Virus record (IMG/VR): IMGVR_UViG_3300047300_000283
Span: 1-36,604 of that record
Direction: 5' to 3' (one strand)
DNA: 36,604 nt
Source: a virus
Taxonomy: Duplodnaviria > Caudoviricetes
Below are positions 7,500 through 16,566 of the stretch, piece after piece; the first letter of the stretch is position 1; each line of letters starts with the position of its first letter. A program made the position numbers and the translations under genes. The notes below the pieces were generated by a model that was not told the origin of the DNA, made no database searches, and was given only the letters and a program-made list of their open reading frames with translations.

Positions 7500-8739
7500 A
7501 CTGGACTTTCCCGAGAAATTGGGATTCCTGTTTGAGCCGCACCGATACAAGATTCTTTATGGTGGCCGTGGGTCTGCCAAGTCTTGGTCGGTGGCTCGGG
7601 CTTTGATTGCCATTGCGGTACAGAAGCAAACACGAATCCTTTGCGCCCGTGAGTTACAGAATTCAATCTCTGATTCTGTGATTGCTCTATTGGGCGACCA
7701 GATCAAAGCAATGGGGCTTGAATCGTTCTTTGATGTTCAGCGTACAGCTATCTACGGGAGGAACGGCTCAGAGTTCAGTTTTGCTGGTCTTAAGCACAAT
7801 GTCACTTCAATCAAGTCATTTGAGGGTGTTGACATCTGCTGGATTGAAGAAGGCCAAGCTGTTTCAAAGGTATCTTGGGAAACCTTGATTCCTACGATCC
7901 GCAAGCCAAACTCTGAGATTTGGGTGACTTTTAACCCTGACCTTGATACTGACGAGACTTACAAGCGTTTCGTGGTTAACCCGCCAGCAAGCGCAAAGAT
8001 TGCCAAGGTCAACTGGTCTGATAACCCGTGGTTCCCGCAAGTTCTCAAGGATGAACTGGAAGAACTCAAGGCTAAGAACATGGATTCTTACCTTAATGTC
8101 TGGGAAGGTCATACCCGACAGATGCTTGATGGCGCTGTCTATGCCAATGAACTGCGTAAGGCACAGGAAGAAAACCGCATCCGTGAACTGATTATTGACA
8201 AGACAATCCCTGTCCAGACCTTCTGGGACTTGGGTTGGGCAGACATGACTTCAATCTGGTTTGTTCAGGTTATCGCTGGCGGTGAGGTTCGGGTGATTGA
8301 TTTCTACCAAAACTGCCAAAAAACCATTGACCATTACGCACAAGTCTTGCAAGAGCGTGGTTACATTTACAAGGATTGGTGGCTTCCGCACGATGCTGAG
8401 AACAAGAATATGACGGGTAAATCCGTGAAAGACATTCTTGAAGGCATGGGCAAACCAATCCGAATCACGCCGAAACTCTCTATTGCTGACGGTATTAACG
8501 CCGCCAGAACATTAATGGATAGGGCGTTTTTTGACGAAACAAGGTGCGCTGATGGACTGCAAAACTTGCGCCATTACCGCTACGATGTTGATCCGAATAC
8601 CAAAATGTTCAGTAACAAGCCGTTACACGACCAGCACTCACACGCAGCAGACGCTTGGCGTTATGTTGCGGTAGCCTTAGATGAAGGCGTTACTGGTTGG
8701 GGTAAATCTATCAACAAAACTCCTAAATGGGTGGTCTAA
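7489..8739 (+). CDS. terL: Terminase large subunit (PBSX/XtmB family)
   Basis: Walker A YGGRGSAKS, Walker B ICWIEEG, TFNP, nuclease motifs WDLG and SHAADAWRY. Confidence 0.96.
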   Translation: MNLELDFPEKLGFLFEPHRYKILYGGRGSAKSWSVARALIAIAVQKQTRILCARELQNSISDSVIALLGDQIKAMGLESFFDVQRTAIYGRNGSEFSFAGLKHNVTSIKSFEGVDICWIEEGQAVSKVSWETLIPTIRKPNSEIWVTFNPDLDTDETYKRFVVNPPASAKIAKVNWSDNPWFPQVLKDELEELKAKNMDSYLNVWEGHTRQMLDGAVYANELRKAQEENRIRELIIDKTIPVQTFWDLGWADMTSIWFVQVIAGGEVRVIDFYQNCQKTIDHYAQVLQERGYIYKDWWLPHDAENKNMTGKSVKDILEGMGKPIRITPKLSIADGINAARTLMDRAFFDETRCADGLQNLRHYRYDVDPNTKMFSNKPLHDQHSHAADAWRYVAVALDEGVTGWGKSINKTPKWVV

Positions 8740-8925
8740 ATGTTCATGTTGCGTCAAGGTGATCTTTCAAGTGCCAAACGGGTTGAGGAACTTGAAAAGC
8801 GTGTAGAAATGCTTGAAACTGTGGTAAAAGCATTACAATTGCCTGAACGCCCAAAAGTCGGGCGACCTTCAAAGGTGAAAGATGAGCCAAAATCAACTCA
8901 AAGCGGCAGTCCAAGCAGCGATTGA
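8740..8925 (+). CDS. Small hypothetical protein (coiled coil plus GRP motif)
   Basis: Fills the TerL-portal gap. RPKVGRPSK. Confidence 0.55.
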   Translation: MFMLRQGDLSSAKRVEELEKRVEMLETVVKALQLPERPKVGRPSKVKDEPKSTQSGSPSSD

Positions 8926-11026
8926 CGATTCCATTGGGTTTCTGGAAACGGAAACCGTTGAACAGCGTAAGTTATCGCTTCAAGCGTATCTACGCCAACC
9001 ATACGGTAATGAAGTTGAAGGCAAGTCTTCAATTGTCACTGGCGAGGTTGCAGAAGCCATTGATGGCGCAATGCCTGCGCTTATCCGAATCTTTACTGGT
9101 TCTGACCAAATCGTTGTGGCTGACCCTGTTGGCCCCGGCGATGAAGCTGGCGCAAAGCAAGCCACCGACTACCTGAACCACATCTTCTTGAAAGATAACC
9201 CCGGCGTTATCATTCTTCACAATTGGTTCTTTGACGCTTTGTTGCAGAAGAACGGTATTGTTAAAGCCGTTTGGGAAGACAAAGAAGATGTTACTAAAGA
9301 GACTTATCAAGGTCTATCTGATGACGAACTGGCAATGCTGTTGCAAGACGAGAGCATTGAAGTTGTTGAGCAAGACACAGTAACTCAGCCTATTCTTGAC
9401 CCAATGGGTATGCCTGTGTTTGACGAGACAGGCGCACCAGCTACCTATGGCATCCATGATGTCACGATCAAGAAGACAGAGAAGTCAGGCAAGGTTGTAA
9501 TTGCCAATGTGCCTCCTGAAGAATTCCTGATTGCCAAGGCTGGTATCACAATTAATCAAACCCCGTTCTGCGCCCACCGCCGGATGATTACCCGTAGCGA
9601 TTTGGTCGCAATGGGCTTTGATGAAGAAATTGTCAACAGCTTGCCAACAGGTGATGCCCTTGCCTATACGCCAGAGCGTGTGGCTCGATTTGCTCCCGGT
9701 GAACAGCCATATGACGTTCAGACAGATGACTTCTCCATGCAAGAAGTTGAAGTCTTTGAGTGCTACATTCGCTACGATGGCGATGAAGATGGTATTGCAG
9801 AGATGCACCAAGTCTTCTACGCTGGCAACGAAATCCTGAGTGATGAAGAAACGGATTACATCCCCTTCTACTCTGTCTGCCCTCTGCCAATCCCACACAA
9901 GTTCTTTGGTAACTCGTTGGCTGACCGCACTGTTGACTTGCAACTGATTAAGACAACAGTAACTCGTCAGATGCTGGACAATATGTACCTGACCAACAAC
10001 AGCCGAGTGACTGCTGTTGAAGGCCAAGTTAACCTTGACGATTTGCTGACTTCCACCGCTGGTGGTGTGATCCGCACAAAGTCGCAGGGCGCTGTTCAGC
10101 AATTGAATGTGCAGAACATGGCGGCTCAGTCTTTCCCAATGTTGCAATACTTGGATTCTGTCCAAGCCAAGCGCACTGGTGTTACTGAACTGTCGCAAGG
10201 TCTTGACCCAAACATCTTGCAGAATGTGACCGCCGCAGCAGTGGCCTCCATGCAACAAGCTGGTTCAGGCAAGATTGAACTGATTGCCCGTATCTTTGCC
10301 GAATCTGGCGTTAAAGACCTGTTTGAAGGCATCCTTCACTTGGTCAGCAAGTACCAGCAGAAAGAGCGCATCATTCGTTTGCGTGGCACTTATGTAACTG
10401 TTGACCCTCGCACATGGGCAAACAAGTTTGACATCTCAATCAATGTCGGTTTGGGCAACGGCAACCGTGACCAGCAAATGGCAATGTTGCAGATGGTCTT
10501 GGCTAAACAAGAACAGATGATCGGTCAGTATGGCCCTGCAAACCCATTTGTTTCGTTTGGTCAGTACCGTGGTGTTCTTGGCCGTATGGTCGAGGCCGCT
10601 GGTTTCAAAGACTCTGCCGAGTTCTTTAAGCCAATCAGTCCTGAACTGGATCAGCAACTGTCTAATCCTCCACAGCAAGCGCCGCAAATGCCGCCTGAAG
10701 TTCAGGCATTGATGGCTAAGACGCAAGCAGATATTCAAGCCCAACAAGCCAAATTCCAAGCTGATATGCAAATGCAACAGCAAAAGATGATGGCCGACAT
10801 GGAGTTTGAGCGCCAGAAGGCCGCACTTGAGTTGCAACTCCAGCGTGAGAAAGCCGCCGCAGAGATTCAACTTATGCAAGAGAAAGAAGCGTCAAAACTT
10901 CAACTTGAGCGCGAGAAGATGAATATGCACTTTGCCATGAAACAGCAAGAGTTTGAGGCAGAAGCACAATTGAAGGCCATGAAAGTTGGCGCAGGCATTA
11001 CATCCAACATTGAAATTCCGGGGTGA
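8882..11026 (+). CDS. Portal protein (P22-like, with C-terminal Gln-rich coiled-coil barrel)
   Basis: 714 aa after TerL. WFFDALLQKNGIVK, NVPPEEF, P.PHKFFG.S.AD...DLQ motifs and a Q/E-rich C-terminus. Confidence 0.92.
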   Translation: MSQNQLKAAVQAAIDDSIGFLETETVEQRKLSLQAYLRQPYGNEVEGKSSIVTGEVAEAIDGAMPALIRIFTGSDQIVVADPVGPGDEAGAKQATDYLNHIFLKDNPGVIILHNWFFDALLQKNGIVKAVWEDKEDVTKETYQGLSDDELAMLLQDESIEVVEQDTVTQPILDPMGMPVFDETGAPATYGIHDVTIKKTEKSGKVVIANVPPEEFLIAKAGITINQTPFCAHRRMITRSDLVAMGFDEEIVNSLPTGDALAYTPERVARFAPGEQPYDVQTDDFSMQEVEVFECYIRYDGDEDGIAEMHQVFYAGNEILSDEETDYIPFYSVCPLPIPHKFFGNSLADRTVDLQLIKTTVTRQMLDNMYLTNNSRVTAVEGQVNLDDLLTSTAGGVIRTKSQGAVQQLNVQNMAAQSFPMLQYLDSVQAKRTGVTELSQGLDPNILQNVTAAAVASMQQAGSGKIELIARIFAESGVKDLFEGILHLVSKYQQKERIIRLRGTYVTVDPRTWANKFDISINVGLGNGNRDQQMAMLQMVLAKQEQMIGQYGPANPFVSFGQYRGVLGRMVEAAGFKDSAEFFKPISPELDQQLSNPPQQAPQMPPEVQALMAKTQADIQAQQAKFQADMQMQQQKMMADMEFERQKAALELQLQREKAAAEIQLMQEKEASKLQLEREKMNMHFAMKQQEFEAEAQLKAMKVGAGITSNIEIPG

Positions 11027-11029
11027 TTT

Positions 11030-11797
11030 ATGACGTATGAAGAACTGCAAGAAATTTTGAAGCTGCGCCAGCGTACACCGCAAGGGCCAGCCCCGACTGT
11101 TGACCAGATCATTGCTGCTATTCAGAGCCAATATCAGCCAATGCAGGCAATGCCAATGCCAGAAGCAACACAAGGCGCACAGAGATTTGTAACTAATGCT
11201 GGCAGTATTGGCCCCATTGAGCAAATCGTTGAGTATGGCCGTAGTCCTGTTACTCAATCAGAAATGACAACCTTTGTTCCGGGTGTGTTTGACATTAACC
11301 GAACATCGTATATCCCGACACCAAGCGCCGCACAAATGGCGAGTATGTCTGGAGATAGTTCTTCTCAGGCTGTTCCACTGTCGGCGCAGCAAGAGGCTGT
11401 GTTCAACTTCATGAATACGCCAGAAGGCCAAGCCTATAAAGACGCTTTTGGTAAGGCTAACAGCAACTTGATTAGTTCTGTATTGCCTGCTGTTGTTCCG
11501 GGTGTTGGTTTGTATAACTTCTTCACTGGCAAGTCAGTTAATCCTCTGTCTGCTATTAAAGATGCCAAAAATGCTTGGAATTCAGCATTTAGCGCAATGC
11601 AAGCCGATATTTCAAACTACGGTGTAAGCCCTAACGCAATGGGGCCAACCACATCGGCACAAGCCCAAGCATTGGCAGACGCACTCTCTAGCCAATTGTC
11701 TGGTTATGAAAGCGGCGGTTACACATCCGATCAAGGTGGCGGTGGTTGGGGTGGTAATGACTCCGGTTATGCTGATGGCGTTGGCGGTGTTTATTAA
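11030..11797 (+). CDS. Hypothetical virion-associated protein with Gly/Asp-rich C-terminus
   Basis: 255-aa ORF tightly packed between the portal and the next gene. Confidence 0.65.
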   Translation: MTYEELQEILKLRQRTPQGPAPTVDQIIAAIQSQYQPMQAMPMPEATQGAQRFVTNAGSIGPIEQIVEYGRSPVTQSEMTTFVPGVFDINRTSYIPTPSAAQMASMSGDSSSQAVPLSAQQEAVFNFMNTPEGQAYKDAFGKANSNLISSVLPAVVPGVGLYNFFTGKSVNPLSAIKDAKNAWNSAFSAMQADISNYGVSPNAMGPTTSAQAQALADALSSQLSGYESGGYTSDQGGGGWGGNDSGYADGVGGVY

Positions 11798-11799
11798 TC

Positions 11800-12039
11800 A
11801 TGGATAAAAAACTACAGGCTGAATGGGCCAATAACCTGTTGAAAGATGACTTTTTCGTAAAAGTTATGAATGATTTGAAAAATCAACAGATTAGTGTGAT
11901 AATTAACACAAATCGAGATGAGGTTGACGAACGGGAAGCCGCTTACAACCACATCAAGACGCTTGATCTGTTTCTTGGACACTTGCAAGGCATAGCCGCA
12001 GAAACCAAGATTCAAGAGAAAAAGTGGAAGATTCTGTAA
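11800..12039 (+). CDS. Small head-morphogenesis-associated protein
   Basis: Position between portal and scaffold. EREAAY motif. Confidence 0.7.
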   Translation: MDKKLQAEWANNLLKDDFFVKVMNDLKNQQISVIINTNRDEVDEREAAYNHIKTLDLFLGHLQGIAAETKIQEKKWKIL

Positions 12040-12080
12040 CGAAAGTTACCCGCAGTCCAGACGGTTTCTGGCGAAAACTG
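12035..12080 (+). promoter_or_regulatory. Structured leader of the scaffold gene
   Basis: GTAAC-GAAA-GTTAC hairpin, then CAGT-CCAGA-CGGTT-TCTGG-CGAAA-ACTG before the ATG. Confidence 0.45.
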
Positions 12081-12089
12081 AGATGACAC

Positions 12090-13034
12090 ATGGAAAACAC
12101 CAACCCCTCGGGGAGTGAAAGCCTGACCGTAAACCAAGCCGCTAATGCGTTTATGGGTTTGATGGGTGATGACAACGGAGCCGATGAAGGCCAACCGGAA
12201 GAATCAACCGCTGAACTTGAAACAGCTGGTGAAGTTGAAGAAGAATCCGAGTATTCGGAGGAATCTGAGCCTGAAGTGGAAGAAAAACCCCGCTACAAGG
12301 CCAAAGTCGGTGGTGAGGAAGTTGAGGTAGAACTTGACGAACTTATCAACGGCTATCAACGCAGCAAGGATTACACCCAAAAATCTCAGGCTCTAGCTGA
12401 ACAGCGCAAGGCTATTGAAGCCGAACGCCAACATCTTGAGCAAGTGAAACAAGAGCGACAGGCATACGCCCAGAAGTTGCAGGCACTTGATAGCTTCTTG
12501 AGCCAGCAAAACAAGGGTGAGGATTTGGAAGTTCTGAAAGAGACAGACCCCATCGGCTATGCCGTGAAGGTTGCAGAACAGTCTCAGCGTGAGAAACAAC
12601 TTGCAGTAGTTCGTGCCGAACAGCAACGCATTGCCCAACAGCAACAAGCCGAGCAACAGCAGACATTGCAAAACCATCTCAAGGCTGAAGCTGAGAAGCT
12701 AGCGTCTGTTATCCCAGAACTGGCTACGCCAAAGGGTGACGCAATTCGGAAAGAAATCCGTGAATATGCGAAATCTGTAGGTTGGTCAGATCAGGAACTC
12801 GCCTCAGTGTATGACCATCGCGCTGTGTTGACTTTGTATAAAGCGATGAAGTTTGAGCAACTTCAAAAGGGTAAGCCGGAGACTTTGAAGAAAGTCCAGC
12901 AAGCCCCCAAGATGCTCAAACCCGGAACTTCAACGACAAATACCAAGTCAACTCAAGAGAAACAAGTGATGCAGAGGCTACGTCAAACTGGCAAAGTCCG
13001 TGATGCAGCTAAAGCATTTGAACGATTCCTTTAA
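12090..13034 (+). CDS. Capsid scaffolding protein
   Basis: Acidic N-terminus, KVGGEEVEV.L.EL..GY.R..DYTQKSQ.LAE motif, coiled coil, directly upstream of the capsid gene. Confidence 0.9.
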   Translation: MENTNPSGSESLTVNQAANAFMGLMGDDNGADEGQPEESTAELETAGEVEEESEYSEESEPEVEEKPRYKAKVGGEEVEVELDELINGYQRSKDYTQKSQALAEQRKAIEAERQHLEQVKQERQAYAQKLQALDSFLSQQNKGEDLEVLKETDPIGYAVKVAEQSQREKQLAVVRAEQQRIAQQQQAEQQQTLQNHLKAEAEKLASVIPELATPKGDAIRKEIREYAKSVGWSDQELASVYDHRAVLTLYKAMKFEQLQKGKPETLKKVQQAPKMLKPGTSTTNTKSTQEKQVMQRLRQTGKVRDAAKAFERFL

Positions 13035-13052
13035 TTTTTTGGAGTTTTAAAA

Positions 13053-13997
13053 ATGGCTACCTATCAAACCTATACCGCAATCGGTATGCGTGAAGACTTG
13101 TCTGATGTGATCTATGACATCAGCCCCACCGACACCCCCCTGATGTCGTCTATTGGCAAGACCAAAGCTACTGCTACTTACCATGAGTGGCAGACTGACA
13201 GCTTGGCCGCTGCCGCTTTGGGTGGCGCAGTTGAAGGTGCAGACGCATCTTCGATCACTGCCTCGCCTACCACTCGTATCGGTAACCGCACTCAGATTTT
13301 CACCAAGTCTGTTGCTGTCGCTGGCACTTTGGAAGCTGTGGACAAAGCTGGTCGTAAGTCTGAAAAGGCTTACCAATTGGCTAAAGTTTCTGCTGAACTG
13401 AAGCGCAACATCGAGTTGACCCTGTTGTCCAACCAAGTTGCTGCCGCTGGTAACTCCAGCACTGCCCGTACTATGGGTGGCCTGCAAGCATGGTTGAACA
13501 GCAACTATGATGGCGGCACTTCTGGCGTGGCTGGTTCTGGCGGTACTACTGCCCGTACTGATGGCACTGACCGCACCTTCACCGAGACAATCTTGAAGAC
13601 AGTGATTGCTGAAGTTTACACTTCTGGCGGTTCTCCAAAGGTTTTGATGGTCAACCCCACTCACAAGCAGACCGTCTCTGCCTTCGCTGGTATCGCCGCA
13701 CAGCGTTACATGGCTCCTTCCAACGAGCCAACCACCATCATCGGCGCTGCTGATGTTTACATGAGCGACTTCGGCACTCTGTCTGTTGTGCCTAACCGCT
13801 TTATGAACAGCACCAACGCTTGCGATGAGACTGCTTTCATTGTCGATCCCGATATGTTGGCCGTGGCTTACTTGCGTCCCTTCCAAACCATTGAATTGGC
13901 TAAGACAGGCGACAGCGAGAAGACCCAACTGTTGGCTGAATTGACTCTGGAAGTCAAGAATGAAGCTGCTCATGGCATCGTGGCCGATCTCTCGTAA
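13053..13997 (+). CDS. Major capsid protein (DUF5309/SU10-type)
   Basis: REDLSD.IYDISPTDTP, HEWQTD.L, N.TQIF.K, Y.SDFG.L.VVPNRFM, LAKTGD motifs. Strong codon bias and GGAG SD. Confidence 0.93.
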   Translation: MATYQTYTAIGMREDLSDVIYDISPTDTPLMSSIGKTKATATYHEWQTDSLAAAALGGAVEGADASSITASPTTRIGNRTQIFTKSVAVAGTLEAVDKAGRKSEKAYQLAKVSAELKRNIELTLLSNQVAAAGNSSTARTMGGLQAWLNSNYDGGTSGVAGSGGTTARTDGTDRTFTETILKTVIAEVYTSGGSPKVLMVNPTHKQTVSAFAGIAAQRYMAPSNEPTTIIGAADVYMSDFGTLSVVPNRFMNSTNACDETAFIVDPDMLAVAYLRPFQTIELAKTGDSEKTQLLAELTLEVKNEAAHGIVADLS

Positions 13998-14022
13998 CAC
14001 GGCTCAGGCATTGACCTGATAT

Positions 14023-14055
14023 AATGCCCTCACATTAACTTGTGGGGGCATTTTT
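14023..14055 (+). terminator. Hairpin terminator after the capsid gene, abutting the HNH start
   Basis: AATGCCCTCACA-TTAACT-TGTGGGGGCATT followed by a T-run. Confidence 0.7.
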
Positions 14056-14643
14056 ATGTGTACCGTTGAAAACTGCGATAGAGTAATTTATGCGTATGGT
14101 TTATGCCATATGCACTATCAGCGTAACCGTAAGCATGGCGACCCTTTGGCTGGAGAAAAAAATCATGCTGCCCCGGAAGAAAGATTCTGGAGGTTTGTTG
14201 AAAAACATGAGGGATGCTGGAGGTGGATTGGAAGCAAATCTAATGGTTACGGACGGTTTTCTGTTGGCTCAAAAGCCGATGGCTATTTTTTGGCTCACAG
14301 GTTTTCGTGGGAATTGCATAACAAGCAAAAAATTCCAGATGGAATGTTTGTCATGCACAAATGCGACAATCCAGAGTGCACAAATCCTGAGCATTTAAGC
14401 CTTGGAACGCCAAAGCAAAACACGCAAGACATGATTGCAAAAGGCAGGAAAAAGACGGTTGCGCCTATTGGACTTGGAAACGGGAAGTCGTTGCTAAACG
14501 AGGAAAAAGTCAGATTGATACGTCAAAGTGATTTACCTCATACGGTAATTGCAAGACAATTAGGCGTTTCTGCTGGATGCGTCAGGGGCGTTAGGATTGG
14601 CAGAACATGGACTCATGTTCCAATTGTTGACAAACTAAAGTAA
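14056..14643 (+). CDS. HNH homing endonuclease (N-terminal Zn-finger, C-terminal HTH)
   Basis: CTVENC...GLC.MHYQR, CW.W.G, AHR.SWELH, VMHKCDNPECTNPEHL.LGT..QN..DM motifs. Confidence 0.92.
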   Translation: MCTVENCDRVIYAYGLCHMHYQRNRKHGDPLAGEKNHAAPEERFWRFVEKHEGCWRWIGSKSNGYGRFSVGSKADGYFLAHRFSWELHNKQKIPDGMFVMHKCDNPECTNPEHLSLGTPKQNTQDMIAKGRKKTVAPIGLGNGKSLLNEEKVRLIRQSDLPHTVIARQLGVSAGCVRGVRIGRTWTHVPIVDKLK

Positions 14644-14652
14644 AATTGACCT

Positions 14653-14964
14653 ATGGAAAACCCTACATTTCGTAAATCTGTTGCTCACGCTGATGGCGAT
14701 GGCGGCTTGGTCATTCAAACGGCTCAAGATGTATCGGCAATTGTTGAGCGAAACAAACAAGAGTTCAACAGCTATGACGAACGGGCGAAATGGTCTGATG
14801 AACTTTATGGCAATAAGGTTGCATCTATTCCATTTACGGCAATTGATGATTTGAACAAGCAAGGGATCATGCGTGGTTTCCATATTGTTGACCATGCTCG
14901 ATTTGCGATGTTCCTGAATAATCCTGACAATCGGGCATGGCGTACAAGGCCGGGGGTGATCTAA
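14653..14964 (+). CDS. Conserved hypothetical virion-module protein
   Basis: QDVS.I.E.NK, KVASIP, FLNNPDNR.WRT motifs. Located in the head-tail region. Confidence 0.8.
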   Translation: MENPTFRKSVAHADGDGGLVIQTAQDVSAIVERNKQEFNSYDERAKWSDELYGNKVASIPFTAIDDLNKQGIMRGFHIVDHARFAMFLNNPDNRAWRTRPGVI

Positions 14965-15582
14965 ATGAGTTTTACCAGTTACTCTGATTTGCAGACAACC
15001 ATTGCTGGTTATCTGGCCCGTTCTGATTTGACTACTCAGATTCCAGACTTCATCCGTTTGGCTGAAACCCGTCTGCGCCGTGATCTGCGTATTCGTCAGA
15101 TGCTCAAGAGCGTGACAACTGAAACTGTTGCCGCTGATAGCACTGTTGAATTGCCAAGCGATTTCCTTGAGGTGCGTGATTTTGTCGTGGTCGGCAATCC
15201 CGTAGTGCCTTTGAACTATTACAGTCCATCGGCTTTTAATCGGAACACCCGTTCATGGGAAAGCGGCAAGCCAAAAGATTACACAGTCTTGGCGACAGAC
15301 TTTCAACTGGCCCCAATCCCTGACAGCAATTACACAGTGAAGATGTTTTACTTTGCTGCGCCTACCTTCTTGAGTGACTCAAACACCAGCAATGCTTTCT
15401 TGGCAAATACGCCAGATGCCTTGCTTTATGGTGCGTTGCTTGAGGCTGCACCATACTTGATGGACGATGCACGAATCAACACTTGGGGAACCATGTTTGA
15501 CCGCGCAATGGCATCCATTACCCGATCTGATGAGCAAGGCCAGTATTCTGGTGTGCCATTGGCAATGCAAACAACTCTGTGA
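14965..15582 (+). CDS. Head-tail adaptor protein
   Basis: YSDLQ..IA.YLAR.DLT.QIPDFI.LAE, LP.DFLE, PD.LLYGALLEA motifs. Confidence 0.8.
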   Translation: MSFTSYSDLQTTIAGYLARSDLTTQIPDFIRLAETRLRRDLRIRQMLKSVTTETVAADSTVELPSDFLEVRDFVVVGNPVVPLNYYSPSAFNRNTRSWESGKPKDYTVLATDFQLAPIPDSNYTVKMFYFAAPTFLSDSNTSNAFLANTPDALLYGALLEAAPYLMDDARINTWGTMFDRAMASITRSDEQGQYSGVPLAMQTTL

Positions 15583-15590
15583 GGTAAATC

Positions 15591-15977
15591 ATGGCTGAAT
15601 TTTCCAACTATCTTGAGAACGCGCTGATTAACGCAACTTTGCGAAACACTGCATACACAAGCCCAACGACTGTGTATCTGGCTCTCTATACAAGTGACCC
15701 AACAGATGCCGACACTGGTACTGAAGTAACTGGCAACGGTTATGCTCGTCAGTCCATCACTTTCGGCGCACCATCTAATGGTGTTTCAACAAACAGCGCG
15801 GCAATTGAATTCCCGCAGGCCACTGGCTCTTGGGGAACTGTTGCTTACATCGGTATTCGTGATGCTTTGACTACTGGCAACCTGTTGTATCACACAGCAT
15901 TGGATGCCTCTAAAACCATTGCCACTGGTGATGTGTTTAAGGTTGCAATCGGTTCTCTGAGCGTAACACTGGCTTGA
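15591..15977 (+). CDS. Virion structural protein (fibre/decoration-type)
   Basis: SNYLEN..., YLALYT.DP, EVTG.GYARQ, FPQATG.WGT, GNLL motifs. GAGG SD. Confidence 0.75.
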   Translation: MAEFSNYLENALINATLRNTAYTSPTTVYLALYTSDPTDADTGTEVTGNGYARQSITFGAPSNGVSTNSAAIEFPQATGSWGTVAYIGIRDALTTGNLLYHTALDASKTIATGDVFKVAIGSLSVTLA

Positions 15978-15978
15978 T

Positions 15979-16566
15979 ATGGCTGATTTACTGCCACCGT
16001 GGACGATAGACAGCCTTGACCAGCTTAAGGCTAGTCTTGATGATCTGACGCTTACGCTTGACAGTAATCTTTACATAACTTCGGTAACTTTGTGGGACGC
16101 TTCTGCAAGCGTTACCGCAAATGCAACTGTAAGTGCCGCCGCAACTAGAGTTCAGTCCGCTTCTGCATCTATAACTTGTAGTGCAACGGTATCTGCTGAC
16201 GCATCTCGGGTGTTGTCGGCATCTGCAAGCATTACGGCTGATGCAACTGTTTCTGCAAGCGCAATCAGGATTCAGACTGCAAGTGCTGAGATTACGGCTG
16301 AAGCAACAGTTACGGCTCTTGGTGGTATCGTTGCAAGTGGTGACGCATCTGTAGTTTGTGAGGCAGATGTAACCATATCGGCTGGAATCATTTATCAGTT
16401 CTCAGCATCTGTAAATGCTACGGCCACAGTTACTGCAAGCGCATCAAACGGGCATAGTTGGATTGATGTTGTTGAATCTGACAACACATGGACGATTGAG
16501 CCAAGTTCAGACAACACATGGACTCAGCAATCAAACGGAAGTAACACATGGCTACTACAAAACTAA
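15979..16566 (+). CDS. Ala/Ser/Thr-rich repeat structural protein
   Basis: About six ~19-aa repeats (SASASITA.A.VSA.A.R) and C-terminal DNTW repeats. Confidence 0.75.
   Translation: MADLLPPWTIDSLDQLKASLDDLTLTLDSNLYITSVTLWDASASVTANATVSAAATRVQSASASITCSATVSADASRVLSASASITADATVSASAIRIQTASAEITAEATVTALGGIVASGDASVVCEADVTISAGIIYQFSASVNATATVTASASNGHSWIDVVESDNTWTIEPSSDNTWTQQSNGSNTWLLQN

Noticed and set aside
9485-10258. Long antisense ORFs in the portal and ejection genes (also 18393..19007 and 19433..20062)
   Set aside because: Shadow ORFs of codon-biased sense genes, with no motifs or expression signals seen.
13047-14000. 317-aa antisense ORF covering the whole capsid gene
   Set aside because: It mirrors the capsid frame and is explained by strong codon bias that avoids TTA/CTA/TCA. 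No recognisable protein features.
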